Shown: positions 1 through 12,936 of the stretch, in pieces
How positions within the stretch are numbered: position 1 is the stretch's first letter
How the letters are laid out: every line of letters begins with the position of its first letter
DNA from: Proteromonas lacertae
Lineage: Eukaryota
NCBI GenBank assembly: GCA_002245135.1
Contig: NGBS01001163.1
Coordinates: 1 to 64,000, forward strand
DNA: 64,000 nt
Direction of reading: 5' to 3'
Translations under genes and position numbers: made by a program
Notes under the pieces: model-generated
Seen by the model: only the letters and a program-made list of their open reading frames with translations
Database searches by the model: none
What the model was told of the DNA's origin: nothing

Positions 1-1719
1 TTTATAATATTTACAGTTCGTATTATTGACTATACAAATAATTTGATTAATTCTATTATAATTTATACAATTTACTATGTATTTTGAAAAATATTTTGTA
101 ATATAAGGTGTAAGGTGATGAGAGTCAACATATACAATTCTGTTATTAATACTTAAACTACATTTGTTGTTGTTACAAAATTTGTCACTTAAATCACATA
201 TTCTAATATGTTTATGATTATAATAAGGAATATTAGAAATTGTGCAATTTACACCTAAAACACAATATGTATTATAATATGTATTTTTGTTTAGATATTG
301 ATAAGCAGGAAATGATAAATGTGGATTGTCATTTAAAATAACAATATTATTAGAATAATTCAATAGTATCTTCTGCAATGCTATGTAATATTTGTCATAA
401 TTATTAATGAATTTATAGTCATTCTTAAATTCAAATGAATATTTAAAATTACACATAATTATTACTTTTTATTTTTCAATAGTTTTATTTTTAATATAAT
501 GTTATCCCATATTAAAAAATGTAATATCAGTTTTCCACTGATTTTTATTAAAAGAAGTAAAACATTACTATTTTTATAAGCAGCATGAATAGCTGATATC
601 CATTGATCCATATGCGAATCTACCATAAAGACTATTTTATCACATTCATTATTAATTATATTAAATTCACATGATTTTCTATTCTTTTGAAAGTCATCCC
701 ATAAACTCCATTTATTATATTTATAATTGTACAATACTTTATCATCTTTTTATTTAGGCTATACGAAAAAATAACACAAAGTATGTATATTAATGATATT
801 GAATAAAAGTTAAATTCTATTAAAACATTTACTATCACTTTTTCACATATAATATACAGTAAAATAGATAATATAATAATTATAATTGTTTTTATATAAA
901 TATTACATTTCATTAGAATTATTATTGGGTAATGAATCAAATACAGTGAATATGATATTTTTGAAAAATGAAATAATATTTTAAATCTATTTGTATTCAA
1001 ATAATTTCCATGAATTATAAAACAAATTGCTATAGTGTATATTATATGTGATAGAACATATTTACTTGATAATGTAATTAAAAGAGTGATATGAAGGAAT
1101 GAGAAAAAGTACCACACTTTAATACTTTTATAATCTCTATTATTTGAATTTATAAAATATGGTATTAAAAATTGGTATAATCTAGGAATTATACAATAAT
1201 AACAATATGAAGCGTTCTTATACATATTCAACATAAAGATATAGAATGAAATTAGCATTAGAGCATTAATGAGATATTTTTTATATGATTGTTAAGTATA
1301 AATGGAATCATGAAATAAAACTGATATTCTAATGATAAACACCAGTAATGTAATACTGGAGATGGTTTATCATACTGATAGAAATAATCAATTTGTTTTT
1401 CATAATAATAGTTATTTGAAATAAACAATAAAGAAAAGAAAATTTCATTCCTATCCACTACATAATTTCTGCATTGAAATAATACAAACAATGAAGAAAG
1501 AAATAATCTGTTATTTCTTTTAATAATATATTTCAAATAGTAAAATTTATGTTTTAGAATTAAACTTGATATTGAAGTAATACTTAAATAACTTGTAAGT
1601 ACTAATAGTATATCTACACCTAAATATCCACCTTTAAAAAGAACTTCATTTATATGAAATAATATAATTGACACTATAGCTAAAAACCTTAAATAAAATA
1701 TATCATATCAAACATTCAT
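1..1719 (-). pseudogene. OafA/YrhL-like acyltransferase-3 + SGNH O-acetyltransferase, copy 1 (disrupted; 3' end beyond window)
   Basis: Reconstructed from ATG 1719: MNV*YDIFYLRFLAIV (TGA at 1708-1710 where paralogs have R), then GGYLGVD, HYWCLSLEYQFY, SYSLYLIHYP, VDSHMDQW and YVDSHHLT. The pieces join by adding one A each at 1277-1282, 747-751 and 466-470. Confidence 0.85.
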
Positions 1720-2043
1720 TTAATAAATATATGTTATACTCATTCTTGGAAAGCTTTACAAGGATCAATATTGCTAAACTAGAATGATAACTATCATTCT
1801 GCTTCTTGCGCTTTGAAGATATCAATTCTATTTTATAGAGTTTATCTTGAACAACCTCTCAACCACATGCAAGGATCCAGCAATTTTCAGTTCATAACCA
1901 TTAATTGTAAAATTTAAAATGTAATACATAATACCCGTTTATTTGGTATTAGTCAAAATAGAAATGCAAATTAGTCGATACAAGTCCCATTTGCTAACTA
2001 TAATATTAGAAAATGGTATTAAAAATACTAAAATGTTAAAGAT

Positions 2044-3777
2044 TTAAATTATTTTTATTCTTAATAATTCTCTTTTAATACCATTTTTAATAGTAAGAAA
2101 TGATAAGCAATTGGTTTTAAACAATTTAGTTAGTAAATAGGAGTAAGATAGGGTTAAATGATTAGAATCTTTGTATTTTATATAAGTATTGTTATACACA
2201 TAATAACATTTTCCATTAGAGCAAATATAATTGTTCATATTACAGTAATGTATATTTTGTAATGAGATAATTGGCAATGAATTTACTGTAGCATTAATAC
2301 CTATAATAGAATAACACAGTTCAAATGGCTTATCTGAGTAAATACATTTCAAAGGATCTGAATTTAAAAAAGGAATATCTTGAATAAATAAAACATGAAG
2401 TAACACTGTAGATAGAAATTTTGCATACTTTATAAAAGACGAATTAAAAATACTATAATTATGTATATATATATTTGACACAAAAAATGATGAAATAATA
2501 ATATTATTGCAATTTTCATTTTTACATTTTACCATATTCACAATATTGTTATAAAGATTTCTTTCTATATAATCAGCATGAATAAAAATATGTACTAAAT
2601 TATATTCATATATCTTTGTAATGCTGATAATTGAAGGAAACCATTGTTGTCCATGAGAATCACAAATTAAAAAAATGACATTTTTATTAATTATATGTGA
2701 AATCTTTTTAGTCTTAAAATTGTACAATATTCGATAATATTCATGAAGAGGATCTATTTTAGGTTTTAACATAAATTTGGATTTTTTAATAATAACAATA
2801 TTTTCCTTATAACATAAATACTTGAATAAAAGTAAAATTATCAATATAAGCGCAATAGATTTAAAACTGTCATGTTTCATAGAAAAAATTCTGGATATAT
2901 AATTAATAATAAATGAGAATATCAGTAAATAGCATAATTTTATATATATATTATGTTTAGTAATATACAGTAGTGGATAATGAAGTAGATATAATTGAAA
3001 TGAATATTCACCTAAAAATTTGATTACACGTATGTCAATGAAAGTTCTATTATAATACATAATCATTTGAAGCATTATACATCCCAGTATAGATGTAGCT
3101 GATATGACATAGAAAGAATAGTTAAAATTGCCAAATACTGAGAGTAATATAATTAATATAATCATAAAATCTAACATATATTTGTTATTTATGTTGTATT
3201 TATATATTTTTGAATTAAAACCTAATAAAAATTCATATAATCTACTTTCCATAAGATAGTATGATTTGTTTTTATTTATTCTATTATAAAGAAAACTGAT
3301 TAAATAACTCAAAATAATAATAAAGTTTGATAATTTATTAAACTTGATAAATAAAGGAAATATAACATACATTTGCATTTGCAGTGATATATACCAAAAA
3401 TGTAATATATATGAATGATTTTGAAATTGGTGAAAATAATCAACAGATTTACTATAAAAATAATAATTAGATATTCCTTTTATTGTATATTCGCAATCTT
3501 TGTAGTAATTAATTAACTCATTATATGATATATCTTTAATCAAATATTCAACTAGCAATATTGATATTATTAAAGAAGGATAAATAGAATCTAATCTTCT
3601 AATATAAAAATTATAAGAACTAAAATTTAATGTATCTTTGTTATTTACAAAACCAGATATTTCAAGAAAAAGAGTAACACCTAAATAACCACCTGCAGCA
3701 TAATTGGGATAATAATGATAAACTATAATTAATAATATAGAAAAACCTCTAATTGATTGAACTGCTGAAATAAACAT
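2044..3777 (-). CDS. OafA-like acyltransferase-3 + SGNH O-acetyltransferase, copy 2 (intact, 577 aa)
   Basis: RGFSILLIIVYH, GGYLGVTLF, HFWYISLQMQMY, YSFQLYLLHYP, SGNH motifs CDSHGQQW and YKDSNHLT; multiple TM helices; intronless. Confidence 0.9.
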   Translation of the reverse strand: MFISAVQSIRGFSILLIIVYHYYPNYAAGGYLGVTLFLEISGFVNNKDTLNFSSYNFYIRRLDSIYPSLIISILLVEYLIKDISYNELINYYKDCEYTIKGISNYYFYSKSVDYFHQFQNHSYILHFWYISLQMQMYVIFPLFIKFNKLSNFIIILSYLISFLYNRINKNKSYYLMESRLYEFLLGFNSKIYKYNINNKYMLDFMIILIILLSVFGNFNYSFYVISATSILGCIMLQMIMYYNRTFIDIRVIKFLGEYSFQLYLLHYPLLYITKHNIYIKLCYLLIFSFIINYISRIFSMKHDSFKSIALILIILLLFKYLCYKENIVIIKKSKFMLKPKIDPLHEYYRILYNFKTKKISHIINKNVIFLICDSHGQQWFPSIISITKIYEYNLVHIFIHADYIERNLYNNIVNMVKCKNENCNNIIISSFFVSNIYIHNYSIFNSSFIKYAKFLSTVLLHVLFIQDIPFLNSDPLKCIYSDKPFELCYSIIGINATVNSLPIISLQNIHYCNMNNYICSNGKCYYVYNNTYIKYKDSNHLTLSYSYLLTKLFKTNCLSFLTIKNGIKRELLRIKII

Positions 3778-4079
3778 ATATGAAGTAAAATATAAATCAA
3801 CATTTATATATAATTCAATACATACACGGATTATTACCTTACGCCTTTCCTAACCTTCTATTGATTAATAAGAGATTTATTCATCGTAGAATATTCATGC
3901 TTCTGCACTGACCTATCATTCTCTGATGGTAGCTTCTTATTGCATGTAACTCTTTAAATGACAAGGAAAAGTCTGACTTTCTCTCTACGATGATTCAAAA
4001 ACTGGTTTAAACATAGAATACTTTATATATAATATTCCTTTAAACTGTAACTATTCTATGTTTTGGCATTGTTTACATT

Positions 4080-5813
4080 TTAAAAATATAATTGTAAATT
4101 GCATCCTTTATATGGATATTTCCATGCTCTTAGTATCTTATTTTTATATAGTATATATTCACATTCTAATGTTAGCGGTGAATTTTTGTTGTTATATATG
4201 ATAAAAGGTTTAATAATTTCAATTGTATAATTAAATATACTCTTATAAAAATTAAATGTGAAATGATGTTCATCATAATATATGCAATTGCCTTTATAGT
4301 TAAGATTACATGAGTTGTTATTACAGAAAAGATGTGTTAGATCCACAGATATAATTCCATTATAATGATGATTATTGTTATATGAAAATATAGTAATATC
4401 TACTCCCTTTTTAGCTAAACATTTTTTTTGCTTTTTGCATGATAATCTATGTTTCAACACTGGAGTTGGTATGAAGTATAATATATAATCTGTTTTTGTT
4501 TTAAGATAAAGCAAATATGAATCAATTTTTGATGGATATATTTTGAGATATTCTTCATGTAGATTATCATAAAACAGATTCATATTAATTATAAATTGAA
4601 AATAATCTGTAATATCATATATATTAGAATTGTTTCTTACAATAAACTCAGTATGAATATATTTATAATATATAACATAATTATTAAATTTCAGTATATG
4701 ATAAAAATTTCCTAATAAATTAAATGCATGTGAGTCTCCTACCACTAATATTGACTTGTAAATAAATTCTTTATTACTTCTATAGCAACAGTAACTTTCT
4801 CTATTAATAATCTCTCTATTATTCAATATACATAAAATATTACCATTTTTATTATTATTCCTCATTATATTTATATTAATATACAACATACTGTATATTT
4901 CAATTAGCAGTAATGTAAAATACATGAATTTATGTTTCATTACACTTGTCATAGGATTTTTGCCATAAAGAATGAACAAAATAATAGACATTACACCAAC
5001 TCTAAAAGTTAATAAAATATCGAATGATTCTAATTTAATTATTGGATAATGTAAGAGATATATATAAAAAGAAGTCTGGCCTATTATTTCAATTGGACTA
5101 TATTTAATCTTTGCTGAAGAAGATAAATATAAAACTGTTGAAATTACTATGACAATCTGATATAATCTTTCATCAATATAATTATTTGAATAAATAAAAA
5201 TGCTTGTTGTAAATAATAATGATATGCACTTTAAATATATATTGTTATTCTTAATTGTATTAATTTTTGTAACTAAATATTCCCAAATTCTTGTAATGAA
5301 CGAAAAATAATTATAGGATGTATATACATTAAATGTTATAATGTAGATTAACAAAGAAAATGATGATAAGACTAAACTTATAAATTTTGAATCATTAACA
5401 TTAAATGAATTAATAAAATGTAATTAAAAATCAACAGAAATATACCAATGATGAAGAAAGAGAGAATGTTCAGGAGGATTGAAATAATCAGTAGTGTGAT
5501 AAATAAAATAATAATTTGAATATAAGAAAGAGGTTGATAATATTTCGCTGTATAATTGATCATATTGTTGTTCATATATTTCTTTTCTATACAGCATAAT
5601 TACTATAAACATTTCTGAAAAACAAGGAAATAATAATCTAACATATCTTTTCAATAAGTTATTCCAATTTTTGTTAGAATTAGATAAATATCCTGAAATT
5701 ATAAGAAATATTATTACAGCTATATAGCCATGTTTCAAAATATTACCATGATATAAAACAATAAATATTATGGAATAACCTCGAAGTATTTGAATATCAT
5801 TTCTATAATTCAT
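4080..5813 (-). pseudogene. OafA-like acyltransferase-3 + SGNH, copy 3 (single in-frame TAA)
   Basis: MNYRNDIQILRG...HHWYISVDF*LHF: TAA at 5424-5426 sits at the conserved Q of the HxWSLxxExQFY motif. The same frame continues through VVGDSHA and YYDEHHFT to 4080. Confidence 0.85.
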
Positions 5814-5972
5814 ATTAACAAATTTAAGGAAGATATTTTGATTCTTACTACTTGGTAAAATTTAAGACTTTTATCATTTCTTTATGCGGATATTATACTA
5901 AACAGTTTATCTTTTCTTTATCTATTATTACATTATTCTAACACTATGAGAATTTGATAAAATGCATGATTC

Positions 5973-6785
5973 TTATATTTTGCAGTTGTAGTCTTTTATA
6001 TAAAACCCTAAATTATTTTTAAATAATGCAACTTTATAACCTTTAACCACTACTCTTGAAATAAAATCTAAATCTTCTGTTGATTGAAGTGATTCATTAA
6101 ATCTAATAGTATTCATAATTTTCCTTTTAATTGAAGGCCAACCATTTGTTATATAGAATCTATTAGAAACATCACACTTGTATATCCTATTGTCAAAATA
6201 AAATGTATCTCTACATCTTTTGGTTATTAAATTACATTGATTTGTTATACTATATTTACTATACAGTTTAGATATATTGTGCAAATCTAATATACTACTA
6301 TTTCTAGTTGATGGATGCAAAACTACGTCTATATATTTGTTTTCATTGAATATTTTATATATTGTATATATTCTATAAATTGACATTCGATCATCAACAT
6401 CAAAATATGAAATAACAGAACAATGCGAATTATAATATCCAACATTTCTATTAGATGCAGCATTATATTTATTTCTTCTATAAATTATAACTAACCTATT
6501 GGTACATCTTTTTAATTGTTTTGATGTGTTTAGAATATTACTAATACTTTTATTATATATTCCTGATATTACTATAATTAATTCATTAGGATATTTTACT
6601 GATTCACATACACTTCTTGTTAATATGTTATGACATCTAGAAAAATCTTCAAATGTAGAAGGTATTATTAAAGATATACAAAAACTATATACATTTTTGA
6701 AGGATATTTCATATAAATTATAAAATATTATTAAAACTAGTAATAAAATGATAGAACAGAAGTGTATTTTACCTATCTTTAACAG
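5973..6785 (-). CDS. GT2-family (GT-A fold) glycosyltransferase with N-terminal TM anchor; start codon unresolved
   Basis: Frame is open from CTG at 6785: hydrophobic anchor, SLIIP, SNRNVG, SYFDVDD and TEDLDF. There is no in-frame ATG before the anchor; the upstream ATG is out of frame. Confidence 0.7.
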   Translation of the reverse strand: MLKIGKIHFCSIILLLVLIIFYNLYEISFKNVYSFCISLIIPSTFEDFSRCHNILTRSVCESVKYPNELIIVISGIYNKSISNILNTSKQLKRCTNRLVIIYRRNKYNAASNRNVGYYNSHCSVISYFDVDDRMSIYRIYTIYKIFNENKYIDVVLHPSTRNSSILDLHNISKLYSKYSITNQCNLITKRCRDTFYFDNRIYKCDVSNRFYITNGWPSIKRKIMNTIRFNESLQSTEDLDFISRVVVKGYKVALFKNNLGFYIKDYNCKI

Positions 6786-7529
6786 CTAAAATTTAACATT
6801 CTATACACATTGTTTATATATTTATTATTTAAATATTCTACAATGATTTAATTCTTGTGAAATAAATATTAAAGAAAAACTTCTATATATTAAAGAAAAA
6901 CTCTTTTTGCTAGATAAAACAAGTCCCTGAAACTGCCGAAATCAGGTTTAAGTTATTCTAATATTATATCAAGTGCTCTACATTTACTAAACTTATATAT
7001 TTATATTATTATTATAAAATGTAGTTAAAAACAATGTGATAAAATTAAAACATATAAGTATTACTTTCACATATATTTAACAAATTCATTAATCCTACGC
7101 TATTGACTTGAAAAATATTTAACAAATGATGTTGAACTACCAAATTAATTACATATTCATAAATATTTTATATAAATACTTAAAAATAAAAAGTCTCTTA
7201 ATAGATTATTTAACATCAGTATAAAAGGATTGAATACAAAAAGTGCAAAATGTTTATATTTAGTTCAGTCAACAATTGATCTAAGTGATCATAGTAAATC
7301 CTGGCTTATCCACATAATATTATTATAATATTTATTATATTGAGTTTATATCCAATAGGAAAATATTCCCAATAAGATAAAATATTAAATAATATTTTGT
7401 AGGATAAACATAATATCATTTATTTTATATAAGAACAAATTATATATAAACATTTCAAGTATATCATCTAGATAATTAAAATATATAGTTTCTATATATG
7501 AAGAAGTTAAAAAAACTAATAACTAAATG

Positions 7530-8866
7530 CTATTGTAGATATCTTTTCATTCGTTTTATTCCTTTAACGGTTATATTATGAATTGATATAGATGAAATGT
7601 TTAATATGATATAATTTATTCTTTTATCAATAAGATTAATAATGTAAGGCAAACTATCATTTTTAATATTTAAATATATTGGATGTTTATATATATTTGG
7701 TACTAATTTGTTATATGAAAAAGAGTGCTCTCTATATTTGTTGTAATAATATTTATTTAATTCTTCAATATCCCAATATTTTATAAAATTACATTTTCTA
7801 TAAATAACATCATTGTTATTATTTATATTATATATATTACATGGAAATGATGGTAATATAACAATTCTATTTGTCAGCTTATTTAATGAAAAAAGAATAA
7901 ATAATACTGCTTCTATGTCAATATTATTATTTGAATTTATTGTTGCGGATATATACTTATTCTTTTCTGAAGTGTAATAATTGTTATCATCTACAGTAAA
8001 AAATAACATTTCTTTTTCTCGATATATTTTATTTTCTATTCCAACTATAAAATTGTTATGAACTGAAATATAAGAGTGGTCTATGAGTTAAAAATGAATA
8101 TCATACTACTATAGTCAAAGAAAAATTCTCTTTTTTCAATTGTATAAAATAGATTTCCATTAACAAACAATCTATCAGACAAATATTGTATTTTTATTAT
8201 TTTATTTCGTCTTATCTCATAATTCCAATATTTTTGATCTGTTCTTCCCTTTTCATTCATTATTCTATGATACACATTACATACAAATTCTTTTGAAGAT
8301 TTTGTTGGATTGATCAGGCTAACGAATTATAGAAATGAATTATACAAAAATCCTGCATTCAAATAATTTTTATTATCACAAGCAGCAATAATGTCAAAAT
8401 ATATTGAACTAAAATAACGAATAGGACTTTTAAAGAAGTGTATATCAGGATCAAGTATTAAAACTCTATAATTCATTTGTAATAATTTCTTTATAATATA
8501 TAATCTATTTCTTATTATTAAAGCATAACACTTTGTATTGTAATTACATATCGAACCTCTTGACAAATTAATATTATAATAAAAAATATTTAATTTCATA
8601 ATTTTATGCATGCTTTTATAGCTTGAATAATCAAAAGATAAATATAAGTGGTTTTTAATATTAAATCGTTTGGTGAATGTATAGTATAAATTTTGTGATA
8701 TTGCTCTATATGATTCTGATACAACAGATAAAATAATTTCTCTGTTAAAATAATGTCTAATATATTCATAAAAGTCATAATTATTTGTTTTGTAACTAAA
8801 ATTAACAATTTTATAAATAAAAAATAACATATAGAATAACAATATTATATAAATACTATTTTCCAT
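7530..8866 (-). CDS. GT77-like nucleotide-diphospho-sugar transferase, 3 exons
   Basis: ILDPDIHFFKSP, LNAGF, TDQ, FVNG and HNNFIVGIENKIYR. GT-AG introns at 8319-8345 (27 nt) and 8081-8106 (26 nt) join the three ORFs in frame. Confidence 0.85.
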
Positions 8867-8885
8867 TTCCAAAATAAAAAATACT

Positions 8886-10656
8886 TTAATTGATTCTATA
8901 ATAAGGACATTTTTTATTATATGTATAATTCTTATCATATTCTATATATTTTGATATTAGTTTCGCTACTTTACCTGACAAATATCTTAAATAAAATATA
9001 CTAAAATGATTTTTATCTGAATATACAGGAATATTATTAAAGTAATATAAACACTTGTTATTTTGAATAATGTTTTCATCCCATAAAGTAATTACATCAA
9101 TATTATCAATCTTTGGCTTAATTAGTTTACTTGGAATAAAACATGTTTTATTAACTGTTCCAAAGCAATCTGTTTTTTTATACTTAGAACATTCATTTGG
9201 ATCATGAGTGTGTCTAGGATTATCATTGCTTAAAATAATTCTTTTACAAATAGATATGAAATTTAAGGAAAGATTATATAAATATACATATGTTATAGTC
9301 ATTGTCAAATAATTTCCAAAAATACATAAATTATAGTTAAAATGTGAAAATTGTTTTTTTTAAAATATAAATGTATTTAGAGCTATAAGATCCTCTTCGA
9401 ATAAAATAATGAACTATATGAAATGTTTGATTAAATTTACTATTTAAAAGTGCAATAATATAGTGTTGAATATGAGAATCACCAACAAATAATATTGAAG
9501 ATTTATAAATATGCGAATGATAAATTGTATTACAACAGTTACTAATAATCTCCTTAAAGTGTTGTATTAGTTGCGAACTGGTGTAATGTTTCATATTTTT
9601 TAATGCTGCAGTAGATAATTTGTCTAAATATATCAACACATTTAGCATAATCATATTTGACACTACAAAAATAATAATAGTATATTTATTAAATAATTCA
9701 AAGTATCCTTTGTAAAATGGAATTTCTATTAAGTAGTAAGAAATATATACACCAATTATAATAATTGCATATTTACACATAACTGAATAATTGCATATAT
9801 TTTTAAGAGGAAAATGAATCAAATAGATTGAATAAGACATATTTCCAAATATACTTAAAATATTGATTTTCATAATTTCACCTGTATTATATGAATATAA
9901 TGTATATAAACCACATAATACAGGTATAAATGAATTATAGCTAGGATATAACATGTCATCATTATAGTATATTGATAAAATTATTAGTATAATTACAGAA
10001 TAATCAGAATTAAATAATTTGTGCCTTACGTCTTTATAAGGAACGTATCTGAATAGAGCTCCAACTAATAACTCCCATGAACGACTAGATAGATAGAAAT
10101 ACCCTTTGTTTTTATCTATAAAACCATAATTTAAGCATATAATAATTGAAATAATTGATGAAATTATATACAACATTAGAATATTGTTATAAAAAATACT
10201 TATGAAAATTGGTGAAATGATATAAAATTGTTCTTCAAGTGATAATGACCAATAATGTAATAGTGGACTTTCTTTTAATCCAGCATGAAAGTAATCTATT
10301 TTATTATTGTAGAAGTGATAGTTTGCATGAATAAGCAAGCTTGAAATTGCATCATTTTTATATACTGAAAAATTACTAAAGTCAAATTTATATATACAAA
10401 GAGTTACGATAAATATTGTTGATAAAGATGCAGGAAATAATCTTCTTACTCTTGCAGAATAAAATGAGCTATAAAATTCATTATTCTGATTCTTTATTCT
10501 ATTTTCAATTGAATAGCATACTAAAAATCCAGAAATAACAAAAAATATATCAACTCCAATAAAACCGCCAGGCATTGTTTTTGGATTTATATGATAAAAT
10601 GAAACAAATAAAACTGCAATTCCTCGCAAAGCTTGTATATCATATCTATAATTCAT
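8886..10656 (-). pseudogene. OafA-like acyltransferase-3 + SGNH, copy 4 (one frameshift at an A8 tract)
   Basis: MNYRYDIQALRGIAV, GGFIGVDIFFVISGF, HYWSLSLEEQFY and FVGDSH. Removing one A from the A8 tract (T8 at 9354-9361) fuses it to the 8886-9308 ORF, which carries YSDKNHFS. Confidence 0.85.
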
Positions 10657-10679
10657 AAGTTATTTACTGGTTGATTTTC

Positions 10680-11843
10680 TTATGCAATTAATATTTCATT
10701 TTTAACTATTTTGGAATTATAATTTATTATTTTTTCTCTAATATCTGAGCTACATTGTGTAAAGTTACCTATTAATCCTTTTATTATATATGGATATATT
10801 CTTCTTGTGTGTCTTATAAATCCAAATTGGGAATTGATTTTAGTTTGTGAATAATTATTAGTATAACCAGTTACCCAATGAATACTAACAGCAGTTATTT
10901 TGTATAAATTTCTCAAAAATAGTTTAGGCCATTTCCATGTATAAGCACAACAACTGTGATATGAGAATATATCACAATCTTCTATATTATGTACAAATCT
11001 ATCAAAGTAAGGAACATAATATCTTTTAAATATTTTCTCTTGAAAAATGTATGTATCAAACGTTTTATTATTCTTTTCTTCAATTTTTTCAATCATTGTG
11101 AGTATTTTCTCCTCTTCTATTGGCCACAATATTTCATCTAAATCAGTCATTATTATATTATTAGATGTATAATAGTTTCTATAAACACAATCATTTAATT
11201 TTATTCTTTGTCCATATGTTTTATATTTTGCATATTTTAGATCAAATTCATTTTCAAATTGAATAATATCTAATATACCTTTCTTTATATAGTAATATAA
11301 TGCTTTTGATACATTCTTTGTACAAGAAGTTTTATATATTGTGAAATGATCCACACCGAAAAATCTATATGATTCAATCATTTGAATAAACATATTGTAT
11401 GCGCTATAATTAATCATTTTTCCAATACAAACTGTTATATTATGTTTATGTAAATAATTTCTTTCTAATTTCTGATTAATATTAATATTGTGCAAATTCA
11501 GTATTATTTTTTGTGGAAATGTTGTTACATATACTAATATATTAATCACAGTATTATCTTCAGATAATTTTGTATATATATTTAATTTACAGTTTTGCGT
11601 AGTTTTAGTATATAAAACTTTACAGGATATATTATTATCAATTTTACTATTGTTATAGTTGTAAAGAATTAATCTAATAGCATTAAATCTAATATCATAA
11701 TAATATGATATTAAAAATAAATTCTTTATTATTTCAATAGTTTTAATACTTTTAAAGAATGCTATATTTGCCAGTCTAATTATTATACTAATAATAATAA
11801 AAGTATATAGCACTAATATTATCAATATAATATATCTAATCAT
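10680..11843 (-). CDS. GT92-family glycosyltransferase (type II membrane)
   Basis: N-terminal TM; VCIG, ESYRFFGVDHFTIY, GQ...NDCVYR and TDLDEIL motifs. Confidence 0.8.
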   Translation of the reverse strand: MIRYIILIILVLYTFIIISIIIRLANIAFFKSIKTIEIIKNLFLISYYYDIRFNAIRLILYNYNNSKIDNNISCKVLYTKTTQNCKLNIYTKLSEDNTVINILVYVTTFPQKIILNLHNININQKLERNYLHKHNITVCIGKMINYSAYNMFIQMIESYRFFGVDHFTIYKTSCTKNVSKALYYYIKKGILDIIQFENEFDLKYAKYKTYGQRIKLNDCVYRNYYTSNNIIMTDLDEILWPIEEEKILTMIEKIEEKNNKTFDTYIFQEKIFKRYYVPYFDRFVHNIEDCDIFSYHSCCAYTWKWPKLFLRNLYKITAVSIHWVTGYTNNYSQTKINSQFGFIRHTRRIYPYIIKGLIGNFTQCSSDIREKIINYNSKIVKNEILIA

Positions 11844-11930
11844 TATTTACATCATAATTAATAAAAGAATTGTAATTAATTAATGATTTTATTAGAATAT
11901 ATGTAAATAACTCGTTATAATATATGAAGA

Positions 11931-12908
11931 ATGATTCTATTTAGAATAAACCACTTTTCATTAATAGTATTTGGTTGCATTTTCTTATTATCATTTTTTA
12001 TAGCTTATAAATTAATTACAATAACAGATAACTTTAATTTAAAGTATATCTCTTATGTATCATCTAAACTTGAAAAAGATTGGATTAGTGTTCTTCAACT
12101 CAATAGACACAATTACTCTAAAAACTACTGCAATTTAATTTATCCATATACAAATAGATTAGAACTGCTAAATAGCAGTATATTTATGTGTAAAGAGTTG
12201 GAATATAACAAATGTAAAGGAGATGATTTGTCATATTTTTTATACAAAAATAAAAACGGAAATTTAATAAAAGAATATATCGAGCCATTATTTGGTATAC
12301 TAAGAAATACGTTTTCTATATGTAAAAAAGGTGAAAAGGGAAATATATTATCTAAAGATTATCTATTACCTTCATATATCTTTGCACTACATAAGCCTAT
12401 AGTTTATATAGATGCAGGTGCATCATCATTTTATGAAGGATATGGAGGATCAAGTCAAAGTTATTTTTATAATTTCTATAAAAAATATCCTTCCATAAGA
12501 TATTGCAAGTGGTTGTTATGGGAAGCAAGCAAAAAGAATATGACTAAAATCATGAAAGAAATACCAAATAATATTGCTATGAAGTACAACTATTATAATA
12601 GACCTATAAAAACAAATAAGTCATTATATGATAATCCTCTTCTCCATATAAAGAATTATCAACAAAAAGCCTACATAATATTTAAACTTGATGTTGATAG
12701 TCCATCTGTTGAAATTCCTATATTTAATCATTTATTAAAATATGATGACATTATTCCACATGAATTTTATTTTGAGTATCACTTCTTTGAACCATATATG
12801 ATGAAATGGTGGAAGAAAAGAGTTGATAGAAACTGTTCCTTATATTGTGCAACAATGAAATTTTTACATCTAAGAAAAAAAGGGATTAGATCACATGCAT
12901 GGGTATAA
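11931..12908 (+). CDS. Putative FkbM-like SAM-dependent methyltransferase with signal anchor
   Basis: YIDAGAS, WEA, FKLDVDSPSVE and EFYFEYH pattern; N-terminal TM. Confidence 0.55.
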   Translation: MILFRINHFSLIVFGCIFLLSFFIAYKLITITDNFNLKYISYVSSKLEKDWISVLQLNRHNYSKNYCNLIYPYTNRLELLNSSIFMCKELEYNKCKGDDLSYFLYKNKNGNLIKEYIEPLFGILRNTFSICKKGEKGNILSKDYLLPSYIFALHKPIVYIDAGASSFYEGYGGSSQSYFYNFYKKYPSIRYCKWLLWEASKKNMTKIMKEIPNNIAMKYNYYNRPIKTNKSLYDNPLLHIKNYQQKAYIIFKLDVDSPSVEIPIFNHLLKYDDIIPHEFYFEYHFFEPYMMKWWKKRVDRNCSLYCATMKFLHLRKKGIRSHAWV

Positions 12909-12936
12909 TTATTGTTATTAAGTAAAAATTATATCT

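Noticed and set aside
6790..7525. Long AT-rich gap inside the glycan island as a possible ncRNA or lost gene
   Set aside because: No recognisable ORF, structure or repeat could be supported by eye
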